Assembly: GCA_951406725.2 (NCBI GenBank)
Contig: OX597825.1
Coordinates: 5,518,001 to 5,582,000, forward strand
Source of the DNA: Octopus vulgaris
Taxonomy: Eukaryota
Reading direction: 5' to 3'
DNA length: 64,000 nt
Positions within the stretch are counted from its first letter, which is position 1; every line of letters starts with the position of its first letter. The position numbers and the translations under genes were made by a program. This document shows positions 41,652 through 55,427 of the stretch, piece by piece. Under the pieces are notes generated by a model. The model saw only the letters and a program-made list of their open reading frames with translations, was not told the origin of the DNA and ran no database searches.

Positions 41652-42272
41652 CGTGGGGGTGTTGAAAAGTTCCTGGCTTTAAGGGTATCACGAAAGACCT
41701 GGATGGAACCCCAACCTTCCAAGCCGTTTTACACATCTTAGAAAAACTGAAGAGCCGCTGCAGTAAATGTGCGAGTCTGAGAGAGAAATACGCTAAATAA
41801 AATCCTAAGTGATCTTTACTCTTTTACTCTTTTACTTGCTTCAGTCATTTGACTGTGGCCATGCTGGGGCACCGCCTGTAATCGAGCAACTCGACCCCGG
41901 GACTTATTCTTTTTGTAAGCCCAGTACTTATTCTATCGGTCTCTTTTGCCGAACCGCTAAGTGACGGGGACATAAACACACCAGCATCGGTTGTCAAGCA
42001 ATGCTAGGGGGACAAACACACCCACAAACACATATATATATACATATATATACATATATACGACAGGCTTCTTTCAGTTTCCGTCTACCAAATCCACTCA
42101 CAAGGTATTGGTCGGCCCGGGGCTATAGCAGAAGACACTTGCCCAAGATGCCACGCAGTGGGACTGAACCCGGAACCATGTGGCTGGTTAGCAAGCTACT
42201 TACCACACAGCCACTCCTGCGCCTTTCTGTAATTTCTTTAACCAAAACCAGGAATTTTTCAGCTATTCTTCA
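41652..42272 (+). mobile_element. Mariner-derived internally deleted element, interrupted by a family B SINE
   Basis: TIRs tgaaaagttcctggcttt / aaaaccaggaatttttca; internal LEKLKSRCSKCASLREKYAK resembles a mariner C-terminus. Confidence 0.65.
41814..42223 (-). mobile_element. SINE family B, full length
   Basis: Highly similar to 13980-14381. Confidence 0.92.
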
Positions 42273-42565
42273 AACAAGCGGTTAGATAATTGTTTATGTT
42301 TACGTATCTACGTATTTATGTACGCGTATAAGCATGTGATGTTATGTGCAGAAATGAAAATGTAAGCCTTGTAATCGGAGTTGCAATTCATGAGTATTGA
42401 GGAGGGAGAATTCTTAGAAATGAACAAATCTCGTTTCTAGGAAATCACTAAATCACGTTCATACACACATACTGTGTACATGTGTGTAAGAGTCTCACAT
42501 GGTTGTCATTAAGTGTGTGTGTATTTGTTTATGTGTCCGGTTCGTATTTGTTACCATCCGATAGT

Positions 42566-42622
<57 letters not shown>

Positions 42623-42784
42623 AGTGTCTAATGTGTGTATATATTGTTACGCTTGTAAATAAACTCGTAGATATCCATAAACACAATCAAGATCACAAGT
42701 ACCCGTGTATACAAGATTCGAATGTTTATACATGTATACATATATGCATGCATATATATATATATATATATACAGAGATATATG

Positions 42785-42845
42785 TATATATATATATACA
42801 GAGACACACACATACATATACACACACACACATACACACACATAT

Positions 42846-42912
<67 letters not shown>

Positions 42913-43105
42913 TGTATGTATATGGAACAAAAATGCAATAGAGGACATTAAAACATTCGGACAGATAGACGATAAAAAGGCGGTAAAATTTCCATTTATT
43001 TCCTATTTTTAGGAAAATAAAAATAAGAAATAAGTGGAAATTTTACCGGTGAGTGTGTTACATTATAAGGCAGAAAAAGAAAATTACTCTCCCCAGACAC
43101 AACAG

Positions 43106-43189
<84 letters not shown>

Positions 43190-43197
43190 TAAGATAA

Positions 43198-43236
<39 letters not shown>

Positions 43237-43283
43237 CACACACATACATACACACACACACACATACACACATATATATATAT

Positions 43284-43340
<57 letters not shown>

Positions 43341-43535
43341 CATGTATGTATATGGAATAAAAATGCAATAGAGGACATTAAAACATTCGGACAGATAGAC
43401 GATAAAAAGGCGGTAAAATTTCCATTTATTTCCTATTTTTAGGAAAATAAAAATAAGAAATAAGTGGAAATTTTACCAGTGAGTGTGTTACATTATAAGG
43501 CAGAAAAAGAAAATTACTCTCCCCAGACACAACAG

Positions 43536-43590
<55 letters not shown>

Positions 43591-43601
43591 ATGTAAGATA
43601 A

Positions 43602-43640
<39 letters not shown>
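42785..43640. repeat. About 430-bp tandem duplication including microsatellites and a fold-back module
   Basis: 42911-43110 is near-identical to 43341-43540; flanking microsatellites occur in the same order but differ in length. Confidence 0.93.
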
Positions 43641-43642
<2 letters not shown>

Positions 43643-44625
43643 ATTTCTACGCCTGCTGCTATGTTGTTGTTGTTTTTGTCTCATTTGGTCTAAAGTCGTA
43701 AGACAACCACCGTTATATTTTGTTTAACCATTACCGTTTTCAATTTCGTTTTCGTCTCTCGTATTTACATCCGTCTCGTGCGTTTACATTCTTGTCTTCT
43801 ACCAAGAAATCTAATGCTTACAGCTTAGTTTTTTTCTTGGGGCTGGCCGAGTTGGAGCAAGTATCAGAATTGAACAGCCGAAATTTGCTATGATGATTCG
43901 GTGTCTGACTGAAGATTGAAGGCTTCGAATGATTTGTCTGTGTTCCTTGTTTGTGCCTTCCTGTATTTCACGTTCTTTATATATAAAATATTTATCCCTA
44001 TATATATATATATATATATATATACTTATCTTATATAGATAGATAGAGAGATAGATGATGGATGGATGGATGGATGGATAGATAGAATTATTGTATATAT
44101 ATATATATATATATACACACCCACGTATACATGTCTTTATACACATACTCACGCAATTTTTTCAAAATCACCGAACTACGAGCCAGTAACTCTTGAAGTC
44201 ACTTAGTAATTTCATCTTACATATTCTGTCTCTTTAGAATTTATTATATGGTTAATGCATCGACTGTTTTTCCAACAGATTAGAACCAATTAGTATTTTA
44301 AAACATTTTATGGTGTCAAATTTGCTCACTTATTTTAAAAATCGTTAAGGGAATGATTAAATTTAATTAATAGTCGGCTCTTTGAAATGCATTTTAATGA
44401 ATTATTTCAATTACAATAAAGTGTAATAATTAGTTTATTCGTGTCTGTTTTATGTTTTGATTAGGTAATAACAATAGTATAATGATAGATGTTCATTAAA
44501 TTAATTGTTCATCTCGTAGTTCTTCACACGGTTAATAATTATTTTGTTAAAATTAGTTATAACTCCTTTTTCATCCTTTGCTTTCTCTTGCTCCTACCAC
44601 ACACCACTCTCTCACTTTCTCTCCT

Positions 44626-45174
<549 letters not shown>

Positions 45175-45303
45175 ATATTTGTGTTTTAATATATAGAAGT
45201 ATATAGGCATGATCGCACCTGCATGTTTAACTGTCTCTCCATCTATTTATCTATTTTATATGTATATGTGTGTGTGTGTGTATTTTTGTGTGTGTATACA
45301 TAT

Positions 45304-45945
45304 ATTGCGCTGTGTCAATTGTTTTGCAATTTTTTGTAACCTATTTATTTTTGAATGCAGCCTAGCATTTAAAGTAGAGGCCACTTTTCTGCCAGTCCTT
45401 TTACACCGCACGGTGATACCATTTCTTGCCTTTCGAGGTGAAGAATTCCTTCGCTGAAGCTTCTATCTCCTCTTAGAGAATAAAGCGTCGTGAGTACAGA
45501 AAGTAAGCCGTGAATCGGAACAAATAATAAACCAAAGGGGATATTTTTCTGCAATCCGAACGGGTATAACCAGTGGTTGAGCAATGGCCAGCTTCCAAAA
45601 TCTGTCGCCCAACCATGGGCAGTTCGAAGACAATGTGATGCTCTGCGTCTGGTGAAATTATGAGGGGGATAATTCACTGAAAGTTTATTATGTATGGTGG
45701 AACCATCGATGCCATCCAGTACTACGGACAGCTGGATCAGATGTATGCCGGTCTGCAGCAAAAATACCGGGTATTGGTTTACAGAAAGCGAGCTCTTCTG
45801 CAGCAAAACAGCACGCCACACCACTCGAACGACCCAGAATAAACGCCAGGAACTTGAAGGAATCGAACTGATGCCACTATCAGCACATAATTCAAACCTA
45901 GTTCTCTCAGGCTGTTACTTGTTCCGATCCATGGCACTCTACCTG
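45304..45945. mobile_element. Rearranged mariner transposase remnant
   Basis: Plus 45535-45945: NQWL...VMLCVW*NYEGIIH...YYGQLDQM...LLQQNSTP.HT...YLFRSM. Minus 45304-45475: EEIEASAKEFFTSK..KWY...GLAEKW (C-terminus) plus a TIR-like end. Confidence 0.8.
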
Positions 45946-46290
45946 TACTCGAGTGATACAAATGCGATAAAAAGGAAAATTCCATAAAATACTTATATGG
46001 TAAACGCTTTTATATATATTGACTTGAGTCAATATAAGACAACTGCTGTGCTGATGACGCCCATTGCGACTAGAACAACAATCCATAGCAGTCCTCTTCT
46101 GCAAAAAAGGAACAGCTTGTTTATTTCTTAACGGCATGTTACTCCCGATAAAATTATTGGGTCCTTGAGTTTATGTAACAACGTGAAATGAAGCGTTCTG
46201 TTCAAGAACACGACGCACCACCGGTGTATGATTCGAAATTACGATCTTCCGATCGTGAGCGCGACACCCTAACCAATAGCTCACCTACCT

Positions 46291-46349
<59 letters not shown>

Positions 46350-47007
46350 ATAGCGACAGAGAGGCAAAGAGAAACGAAGAAACAGATACACACAATGACA
46401 GTCAGAACGAGGAGGTGAAGGTGGGACGGTGTGCAACAACTTTCAAAGATAGGCGTTATTAACAATACATTCGCTCCTCAGACGAAGGATTATGCAAGAA
46501 ATAATTAGTCAGTCATTTTATTATTGTTTTATTGTAATATTACTTTTCCTTTTTTTTTTATGTTCTCTATATTTTAATGAAGCAATAACTTCGATCGCCG
46601 CTTAAGCCTTCAATCGTCTTTAGATGTTGAATTAATGACATGCTCCTAATAACTGCTCCGCGTATTTGTTTTTGTTGTTTTTTTCCTTTTATGTTGCATT
46701 TTATTGAAATTTGTATTGACTGTTTACGCAATGACACTTATCAAAAGCTGAACGGAGTTATAACGCACTCGCACTGATATGTATTTCATTGCAATTATTA
46801 CAAAACTTAAGGCGTAATTACTAAATTCAAGCTAATTCTGTATGGTGAGCGTAGCTGTGTGGTCAAGACGTTTCGCTTTGCAATCATATGGTTTCGTGTT
46901 CAGTTTCACTGCGCGGTGCTTTGTACAAGTGCGTATTTTAATATAAAACAGGGACAACAAAAGCCATTTTAGTGAATTTGGTTACGGAAATTATGTAGAT
47001 AGATGTT

Positions 47008-47038
<31 letters not shown>

Positions 47039-47267
47039 CTTTATTTTAAGCAGCAGAAAATTCAACAAAATCTGTTACTCTGAGTTTCTTTTGCCGTTCA
47101 TCAGACAGTTTTTGCTAGCAAAAACTGTCTGATGAACGGCAACGAGAAACTCAGAGTAACAGGTTTTGTTGAATTTTCTGCTGCTTAAAATAAAGCATAT
47201 TACTCTACCACTGGTATTTGAGTACTCTTTTTTCCACCTTGTTTCACATTTATGTGTTTACTCCGGT
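47039..47267. mobile_element. TA-flanked near-perfect fold-back (78-bp arms, no spacer) with an HHR in each arm
   Basis: Axis at gct|agc (47116/47117); arms 47039-47116 and 47117-47195; unique right extension to (TA)n. Confidence 0.9.
47125..47162 (+). ncRNA. Minimal hammerhead ribozyme motif (mirror copy on the minus strand at 47072-47108)
   Basis: ctgt-CTGATGA-acg gcaa cga-GAAAC-tcaga-GTA-acag. Confidence 0.8.
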
Positions 47268-47658
47268 ATATATATATATATACAGATAGAGAGAGATAGA
47301 GATAGACGTATATATGTAATTTAAAATACATAGGATTTAAATGTGAACTACTATAAGTTTTATGCCATTGATGATATGACAGTATCGTGTATTATCAAGA
47401 GATCATTTTTAGGATCCACTAAAAACGGAATAGTACACTACATATACGTGTGCGTATGTGTGTGTTTTATTGCATGTATGTGCGTGCACATATATATATA
47501 TATAGAGAGAGAGACGGAGAGAGAGAGAGAGAGAGAGAGAGATAGTTTTTGGTCGGCCCGCGGTTATAGTAGAAGACAGTTACCCAAGTTGCCACGTAGT
47601 AGAACTGCACTCTGAACCATGTGGTTGGAAAGCAAGCTTCTTATCACACAGCCACGCC

Positions 47659-47721
<63 letters not shown>

Positions 47722-48067
47722 TATAAAGTGGTATTATCTGCAAAAATTACAAATTAGCCAAACAAAAAAATCAATATTCAAAGTAATCGAACATAAAATG
47801 GGTTATTTCTCTTGAGTATTTCAAAAAAATATTGTGCAGGTGCTATGGGTTATTTCCCTTGGGTGTTAAGAAACAACTTATATGAGGTAGATATAAAGGC
47901 CCTTTCCAGGGGTCGTATTATCAAATTTTTCAACGATCTGAGTATGTCACGAGGTTTCCAGACATGAGTTCTAGTCACGTGTCAAGTTTCATCAAAATCA
48001 ATAAAACGATGTAGGAGCAGTTAGTTAACAACGTCACAAACACACCGATTTTCCATATATGTAGCAG

Positions 48068-48117
<50 letters not shown>

Positions 48118-48237
48118 ACATATATGCATATATATATGTAGATAGATAGATAGATATACATATACATACATACATATATATATATATTCAATATATACAT
48201 ATATATATTCAATATATACATATGTACATGTACATAC

Positions 48238-48290
<53 letters not shown>

Positions 48291-48562
48291 ATCCGTTGAC
48301 ATCCATAGAAATATCACAGCGGGACTTGCTATTTTCCGTAGAGTTTAGCTGTGTTAGCCTGATCTGAAATGTCAACACGAAGATCACTGACCGCCGTTTA
48401 AAACTAATCAATACTGACATTACTAGCGCCAACGAATATGTATGTACACGCGTGTGTGTGTGTTTGTGTGTGTGTGTGTATGTGTGTGTGTGTGTTTGCG
48501 TGTGTGTGTTTGCGTGTGTGTGTTTGCGTGTGTGTGTTTGCGTGTGTGTGTACATGCATGCG

Positions 48563-48900
48563 ATTATGTGGTAAGAAACTTGCTTCCCAATGGCATGATT
48601 CCGAGTTCAGTCCCACTGTGTGGCACCTTGGACAAGTGTCTTCTACTATTGCCTCGAGACGACCAGTCTTGTGAGTTGATTTTGGCAAAAGGAAACTGAA
48701 AGAAGCCTGTCGTATACATGTGTGTGTGTTTGTATCTGTGTCTAACCCCCATCCACTGCTTGACATCTGGTGTTGGTGTGTTTAAGTCTCCGTAAATTAG
48801 CAGCTCGGCAAAAGAGGCCGATAAAATAAGTACCAGGCTTTTAAAGAAATAATTACAGCGGTTGATTTATTCGACTAAAACTTCTTCAAGGCGGTGTCTA
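48563..48900 (+). mobile_element. SINE family B, diverged
   Basis: tgtggtaagaaacttgc...gagttcagtcccactgtgtggcaccttggacaagtgtcttctactat. Confidence 0.85.
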
Positions 48901-48993
48901 ATAACTGATACTCATAAAATATAAAAGATAGATAGATAGATAGATAGATGGATAGATAGATAAACAGACAGACAGACAGATAGATAGATAGAT

Positions 48994-49080
<87 letters not shown>

Positions 49081-49089
49081 ACGAAATAG

Positions 49090-49735
49090 TTCCACATGTC
49101 AAGAAAGGTCTTTAACCAGTTTGTGCTGTTTACCATTTTGTATGCATCAGGAACATTGACCCCCAACAAGAGCATTGAAAATGAATTAAGATGAAAACAA
49201 AGAGTCATAGAAAGGAGAATGCTAAAAATAAACAAAATGACTAAGGGGGAGAAAGAACAGGATAAGAGTGTTTAAACCGGCCATATCCGGCCAAAATATT
49301 TTACCTGTTTTATGTTCAAACTAGTCAGTTCTGGTCATTCATAGCTATCTTATTGTGTCATTTTAAAAATAAACAATCACATTGAAATCTCAAAGCCATG
49401 GAATGATGCAAGATTAATTTTACATGGTGTGAATACATAAGCTTTACATTTGACAGAATAATCTGAATGCTAAAGGGTTAACAGATATTATCTGGAAAAG
49501 AAAATCTCTGAAATGGTCTTTCGCTGGGCATTTGCTCTGGAGAAATGACAATAGATGGAATAGCAAATTAACAAAGTGGGCACCACGTCCTGAGAAAAGG
49601 GAGTGGGGGCACACATGCTGAAGTTGGAATAGAGACTTTGTTAAATTCTTCGGCACCCAAACATGAATCAGGAAATCATCCGACCGTGGTTAGGTGGGAG
49701 AAATTCTGAGGCATTCGTCCAACTGTGGATTGAAC
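49090..49735 (+). mobile_element. RTE-clade LINE 3' ORF fragment
   Basis: [14 protein letters not shown]...QRVIERRML, then after the MITE: LKWSFAGHLLWRNDNRW...KWAPR.EKR...EAFVQLW. Confidence 0.8.
49270..49481. mobile_element. piggyBac-like MITE fragment inserted in the RTE remnant
   Basis: Right end gaatgctaaaggg|TTAA; interrupts the RTE reading frame; left TIR not evident. Confidence 0.5.
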
Positions 49736-49824
49736 CTGTGCTAGGATGATGTACCTTGCATAAGGCTGAAACATAACATAGCACACACGACACACATACG
49801 CAAGCACATACACACACATTTGTG

Positions 49825-50650
49825 AAAGTGCATGGCGTAAGGTCGTGAGTGAGTTCGAGTCCCAGCTGGTGTGTTGTGCTCTTGGTCAAGACACTTATTT
49901 CACATTTCACAGTGCTCCGCTCCATTCAGCTGGTACAAAATGAGTTGTATCTGTAAGTCAATGGGCCAGTCGTGGCACATTCGGTGTGACACGTTAAGGG
50001 TACGTGTGTCTGTTCCATTGACCGAATCAAGTGGAACACTTACCATCGTAACCGACGGGCTGTCCCAGTCTTGTGGCTGTGTGGTAAGTGGCTTGCTTAC
50101 CAACTGGTAAATCGATTTAATCCCTTTGTTTGTCCTTGTTTGTCCCCTCTTTGTTTAAACCCCTGTGGGCAATATAGAAATAAATAAAATATTTACGTTT
50201 AAGGTGATGAGCTGGCAGAACCATTAGCACACCAGGAAAAATGCATAGCAGGATTTCGCCCGTCTTTAAGTTCTAAGTTCAAATTCCACCGAGGTCGATT
50301 TTGCCTTTCATTCTTTCGGGTTCGATAAAATAAGTACCAGTTGAATACTGGGTTAATGTAATCAATCTACTAACCTCTCCCGAAATTGCTGGCCTTGTGC
50401 CAAAATTTGAAGTTAATATTATTTTTGCGTTTAAGTCGGCGAGCTGGGAGAATCGTTACTGCGCCGGACAAGATGCTTAGTTGCATTTCGTCCGTCTCTA
50501 CGTTCTGTGTTCAAATTCAACCGAGGTCGACTTTGCTTTTCATTCTTTCGAGATCGATAAAAAAAAAATTACCAGTTGCGTACTGGGATCGATCTAATCG
50601 ACTACCCGTTCCCCCCAAATTCCAGGCCCTGTGCCTATTGTAGAAAGGAA
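49825..50650 (+). mobile_element. SINE pile-up: partial D, B head, A2 tail, then two family A copies (50200-50410, 50432-50650)
   Basis: Successive matches to families D, B and A, all on the plus strand. Confidence 0.8.
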
Positions 50651-51424
50651 TATTTCTACGTTTCCATCTCTACTGCAGAAATGACTTCGATTCACTGTAG
50701 CAGAAAATACCTGCATTTTAGACATGGAATAATAATTTTAGAAATTAGCTCATGTTTTATGCATAAGAAATTCAACTGCATAGTCTAAAGTGAAACTGGT
50801 TGACCTGCAGTATGAAAACCAGTAAAGATATCAAGCTGCTGAGCACATTAGCAACTAACTGCTGCAATATTAACATAAAGTGCTTCAACTAGCATATCGC
50901 ATGTCGCGTAGACAATCGAACGGTTTCTGTTGCTAGTAGACAACGTCAGCATAAATATTCCCACGTATTTTCTAGAATCGATAATTTTTACAGCAAATTC
51001 AATAGTACTGTGTCTCGTTGCCTCTGGTCATTGTGACAGTGGGTCAAACGCTACAGGTCGAACAGTCCAAAGTTCTTATTCCGTTGCTAGCGTTGCTCCG
51101 ATTCGATGGAGATATAATGTGACTTATTTCTGGTGGTGGTGGTGGTGGTTGGGGCTACACAGCTGATAAATAGTAAAGAGTGGGTTCAAGTTCGTTTCGT
51201 CACGTAATGAGCATCGGCTTGATTCAATTACTACTGCGTTAACAGTGTTTCGCTTCTTTGCATTATATATACATACATATGTACAATCGTACATTTATAT
51301 ACATACATGCACACATATGTACATATATCATATATACGGGCATGCACATATACATGCATACCAGCATACATGTATATATACATTCATATATATATATATA
51401 TGTGTGTGTGTGTGAGTGTGTGTA

Positions 51425-51465
<41 letters not shown>

Positions 51466-51561
51466 ATACAGAGAGAGAGAGAGATTGAGAGAGAATTTTA
51501 ACCTAACACTGTGTTACGGTGTGTGTAACACAATATTGGCTAAAATATCGATATGTTCTGT

Positions 51562-51797
51562 AGGCGCATGGCTCATTGGTCAGAGCGTCGGGCTCACAAT
51601 CATGAGGTAGTGAGTTCGATTCCCAGACAGGGCTGTATGTTGTTTTCTTGAGCAAGACACTTTATTTCACTTTGATCCAGTTCACTCAGCTATAGAAATG
51701 AGTTGCGACACCACTGGTGCCAAGCTGGATCCGCTTTTGCCTTTCCCTTGGACAACAGGATGACATGGCGAGAGGCTAGTATGCATGGGCGACTGCG
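51562..51797 (+). mobile_element. SINE family D-related copy with a different 3' part
   Basis: aggcgcatggctcattggtcagagcg...gtgagttcgattccc; ttcttgagcaagacactttatttcac. Confidence 0.8.
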
Positions 51798-52324
51798 TCA
51801 GTGTTCCAAGTTCAAATCCAACTAATATTTTTCTTAACTTCAACAATCAAGTGAAATATACACCTGACCAGTACCGTACATTCTGGCAGTGGCTCAGTCA
51901 GTATCTGGTTCTCTTACAAACGCTGGCATTGGACCAAATTAAAACAAATCAATATTGAGGTAGCTAATGTAGTTAGCACCGGAGATTCAGAAATTAGCAC
52001 CAGATGAATGAAGCCACTGAATTCAATGGAAATAATTACTCAAGTTGTGTGAATGTGGACGGAATCTTAATATAAACAGACTTCTAATGGAGGAAAAAGG
52101 TTGGCACGGGAGCAAGACCAGAACGAGACTAAGTTGCACGTGGTATGGTGAAAATGAATGGAAGAGATGTGGGAACAAATTCGAAAATAATGTAGTTAGC
52201 GTCTGTGGTTTATGTGTATGGAGGATATGAGCAAATGTGAGTGCATGCATGTGTGTGTGAGTGCATGCATGTGTGTGTGAGTGCATACGTTTGTACGTGT
52301 GTCTATTTTTCTAAGAAAATGCGA

Positions 52325-53300
52325 GCCAAGGGCGACAATGCTGTGATGTTTGCTGATTCTTCCAGACAAACAGATACTGTTGCTTGTTTGTTTGTTTGTT
52401 GAGCGAAGCGGTCTTCGTCCGTAGTGGGAGAAGTCCGAAACGTGGTCCTTTGCTATTCGTAAGACCCGCTGAAGAGAAAGCAGGTCAACTCCCGACACCG
52501 AGAGCATCGACGGATGGATGAATGCACATCCAGGCTCAGCGGTTGCGTAGGAAGTCGGGGACAAGAAACAGGAAGAAAGAGTGAGAGAAAGTTGGAGCGA
52601 AAGAGTACAACAGGGGTCGCCAGCACCCGCTGCCGGAGCCTCGTGGAGCTTTAGGTGTTTTCGTTCAATAAACACACACAACGCTCGGTCTGGGAATCGA
52701 AACCGCGATCCTCCGACCGCGAGTCCGCTGCACTAACCACTGGGCCATTGCTCCACCAGATATTACTGCTGTTGGGGTTGGACATCTGTAGGTCAATGTC
52801 TGCAAGAAACACTTGAATAAAACAGAAAATTTCTTATGACTAAAGATTTATAGGATAAATATTGAAATATAGCTGCTGTCATATTTTTCTGCTTTCTTTA
52901 TTTGCTTGCCTGCTTTCCAAAGACTTGCACCATTCCTTCAGACTTCACCTTCAAACTATCAGCAGATGGTTTCAGCTTAAAGTTACCAACTTTATGGCGA
53001 CCAACATGTAGATTTGGTTTGATTTAACTGTTTTATGTCCAGCTGAAATTTTCTTTTCAACTGATAAATATTTCCTTTCAGACAATTTCTTCTAAAATAA
53101 ACCAATTACTATCAACATCAAACGTTTATTATGCCGTATACCTCTTTCTCTACACTATATATTTCTCCAGTCAAAATTTATGCAAATGTACCTTTTCTTG
53201 GAATTTTGAAAGCATTTTCAAGCCGATAATCAGATTCTCTTTCTTAAGTGCTCTTGAAAGACTTTCTCTGAGTTAAAGACATACTGGAGAATTTTTCTTG
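52325..53300 (-). mobile_element. Highly decayed pogo/Tigger-like DDE transposase remnant
   Basis: Minus strand reads FDVD..GLF*KKLSERKYLSVEKKISAGHK...GNFKLKP across frameshifts, matching the Tigger pattern FN.DETGLFWKK.P.RT.....GHK...G.FKLKP. Confidence 0.7.
52381..52756 (-). mobile_element. SINE family C, tail type 2, (CAAA)n end
   Basis: Reverse-complement head matches 53320; diverges after tcttcctgtttcttg. Confidence 0.88.
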
Positions 53301-53319
53301 GTCAGCAATCTGTACCTTT

Positions 53320-53637
53320 GTGGAGGCGCAATGGCCCAGTGGTTAGGGCAGCGGACTCGCGGTCGGAGGATCGCGGTTTCGATTCCCAGACCGGGCGTTG
53401 TGTGTGCTTATTGAGCGAAAACACCTAAAAGCTCCACGAGGCTCCGGCAGGTGGTGGTGGCGACCCCTGTTGTACTCCTTCGCCCCCAACTTTCTCTCAC
53501 TCTTTCTTCCTGTTTCTTGAGTAACGCTGCGATGGACTGGCGTCCCGTCCAGCTGCGGGGAAAACATACGCCACAGAAACCGGGAAACCGGGCTCATGAG
53601 CATGGCTAGGCTTGAAAAGGGCGCATAAATAAATAAA
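53320..53637 (+). mobile_element. SINE family C, tail type 3, with perfect 13-bp TSD
   Basis: tRNA-like head (tggcccagtgg A box, gtttcgattcc B box); aatctgtaccttt at 53307-53319 and 53638-53650; (TAAA)n end. Confidence 0.93.
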
Positions 53638-53732
53638 AATCTGTACCTTTAAGAAATTCTCCGATGCCTCGTCTTTGTTGCTTTTTTAGCTACATCCTCC
53701 ATCACGTTTGTGTTATTTGTTTTTATCAATAA

Positions 53733-54099
53733 CTAGCAATATCGCCCGGCGTTGCTCGGGTTTGTTTCGATTCTTTAGAATTGGAATTTTTGAAAAGTAA
53801 AAATTTTGCATTATGTAGTGAACATTTTTCTGGTTGAAATACACCGAAAAATGGCAGTCAAAATATCGTAAAAAACAGGGATTTTCATAGAAAAAAAGCA
53901 CCTTTTTGATGTAAATAATTTTTGGTGTTAACATGGTCCGATTTGAATTTTTTCTTCTACAGAATGAAGAGAAAGCCTTCTTCTATCATACTCTCAATTT
54001 TGGTCAACTTGCAACGCAGAGTCTCGGAGGAAATAGTGTTAGTTGAAGGCCACCAAACCTGCCATACACTGAAGACAACTTCAGCTTTATATATAGAGA
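53733..54099 (-). mobile_element. Non-autonomous Helitron
   Basis: Minus strand begins TCtctatatataa and ends with hairpin cccgagcaacgccggg about 8 nt before CTAG|T. Confidence 0.78.
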
Positions 54100-55084
54100 G
54101 GTAATCGAAGACGCAGTTCATTTCCTCGTGCTCAAAGCTTCGCCAATTAAAAACTAAAATTGGTCGACGTCTGAACGGTTATTGATATCTGCTTTTAATT
54201 TTATTATACTAATTTTATAAGGCCTCCATTCGATATACGAAGCCATCACTGAAATGAGCATTATCACTTTTATATCTTAAGCTCATTTTTATTAGGGTAA
54301 TATGTAAAAAGAAAAATCCCCCAAACTATGAAAGTCTTCAAAGCTGCTTTTGTGTAATGGTGCCATGCAGTAAATTACTGTCACTGAATTAATTGTTTGC
54401 AAATATGAGTTGAAATTTTTCTACAGAAATATAGGACTTACTCATTGATTTCCATCTGCAGAGACTGTAATCCATTTACGTAGATGATCTTGCGTTTATT
54501 TAATCTTCGTCAATAAACGATTTTATTGCAGCCGGTACAAAGGCAATGTTTACACACAACAATATATAATTATATTTATTCAGGAATCTTATGATGCTGC
54601 GGTCCATAAAAATTGGTAAAAGCATAAATTTCTTAGGTTTGATGCAGCTCAATAAAATCTGTACGATTAGCCGAAATTTTTAAGATACAGAAATTGAATT
54701 AGAGAAATCATTTAACAGAGTCCGAAAGACTGAGAAGTACGAAAGTCGAAAGTTCTAATTTAAAGGACCGGCCGTTAATTACTCATCAGAAAATGCAGCT
54801 GTCAGGGATACCAACTACTCCTTGTTTCATCTCTTCTTACAATTCACACACCTTTTAATGCTCTCACATATTTCCGCACCTGTCTGCTGCCAGTAAAGCG
54901 TGACGCATAAAACACCTCAGTCTGTCATTCACAATAAGGTTACTTCTTCTACTGACCTTCACTCATTCTTAGCTTGACTTTTCACGGCTTCCTCCGAATA
55001 CTCTACGTCCTTAGCGCAACAGCGAGTAACTACACAAACAAACTATCGTTTGTGGATATGAATGTGTGCATGTTTGCGCGCTAA

Positions 55085-55190
55085 CTATACTATATATATA
55101 GTATAGTATAGTATAGTATAGTATAGTAAAATATACTATAGTATAGTATAGTAAAATATACTATAGTATAGTATAGTATATGATATAATA
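55085..55190. repeat. (TATAG)n pentamer array with inverted units
   Basis: Directly visible. Confidence 0.9.
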
Positions 55191-55387
55191 CTATCAATAA
55201 AAAAGAGTACAGTGTGCTTGTGGGGAGAGGAACATCTGACGTTTCAACAGACGCCTTATTCAAGAAGTTAAAAAGGAGAATTGAAGCGACAAAGTTTTAT
55301 GTTCTATATGCAAATTTATGCATCTACGTATGTATGTATGCATGTATGTACGTAAATGGTGCATACATACATACATACATACATACA

Positions 55388-55423
<36 letters not shown>

Positions 55424-55427
55424 TATT

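Noticed and set aside
43905-43945. CTGAAGA...GAAT...GTC hammerhead-like string
   Set aside because: GAAA is broken and stem I does not pair.
53320-53395. tRNA genes at SINE heads (also 41210-41285 and 51562-51630)
   Set aside because: A/B boxes are present, but the heads run into SINE bodies, some with TSDs, and lack a complete acceptor stem.
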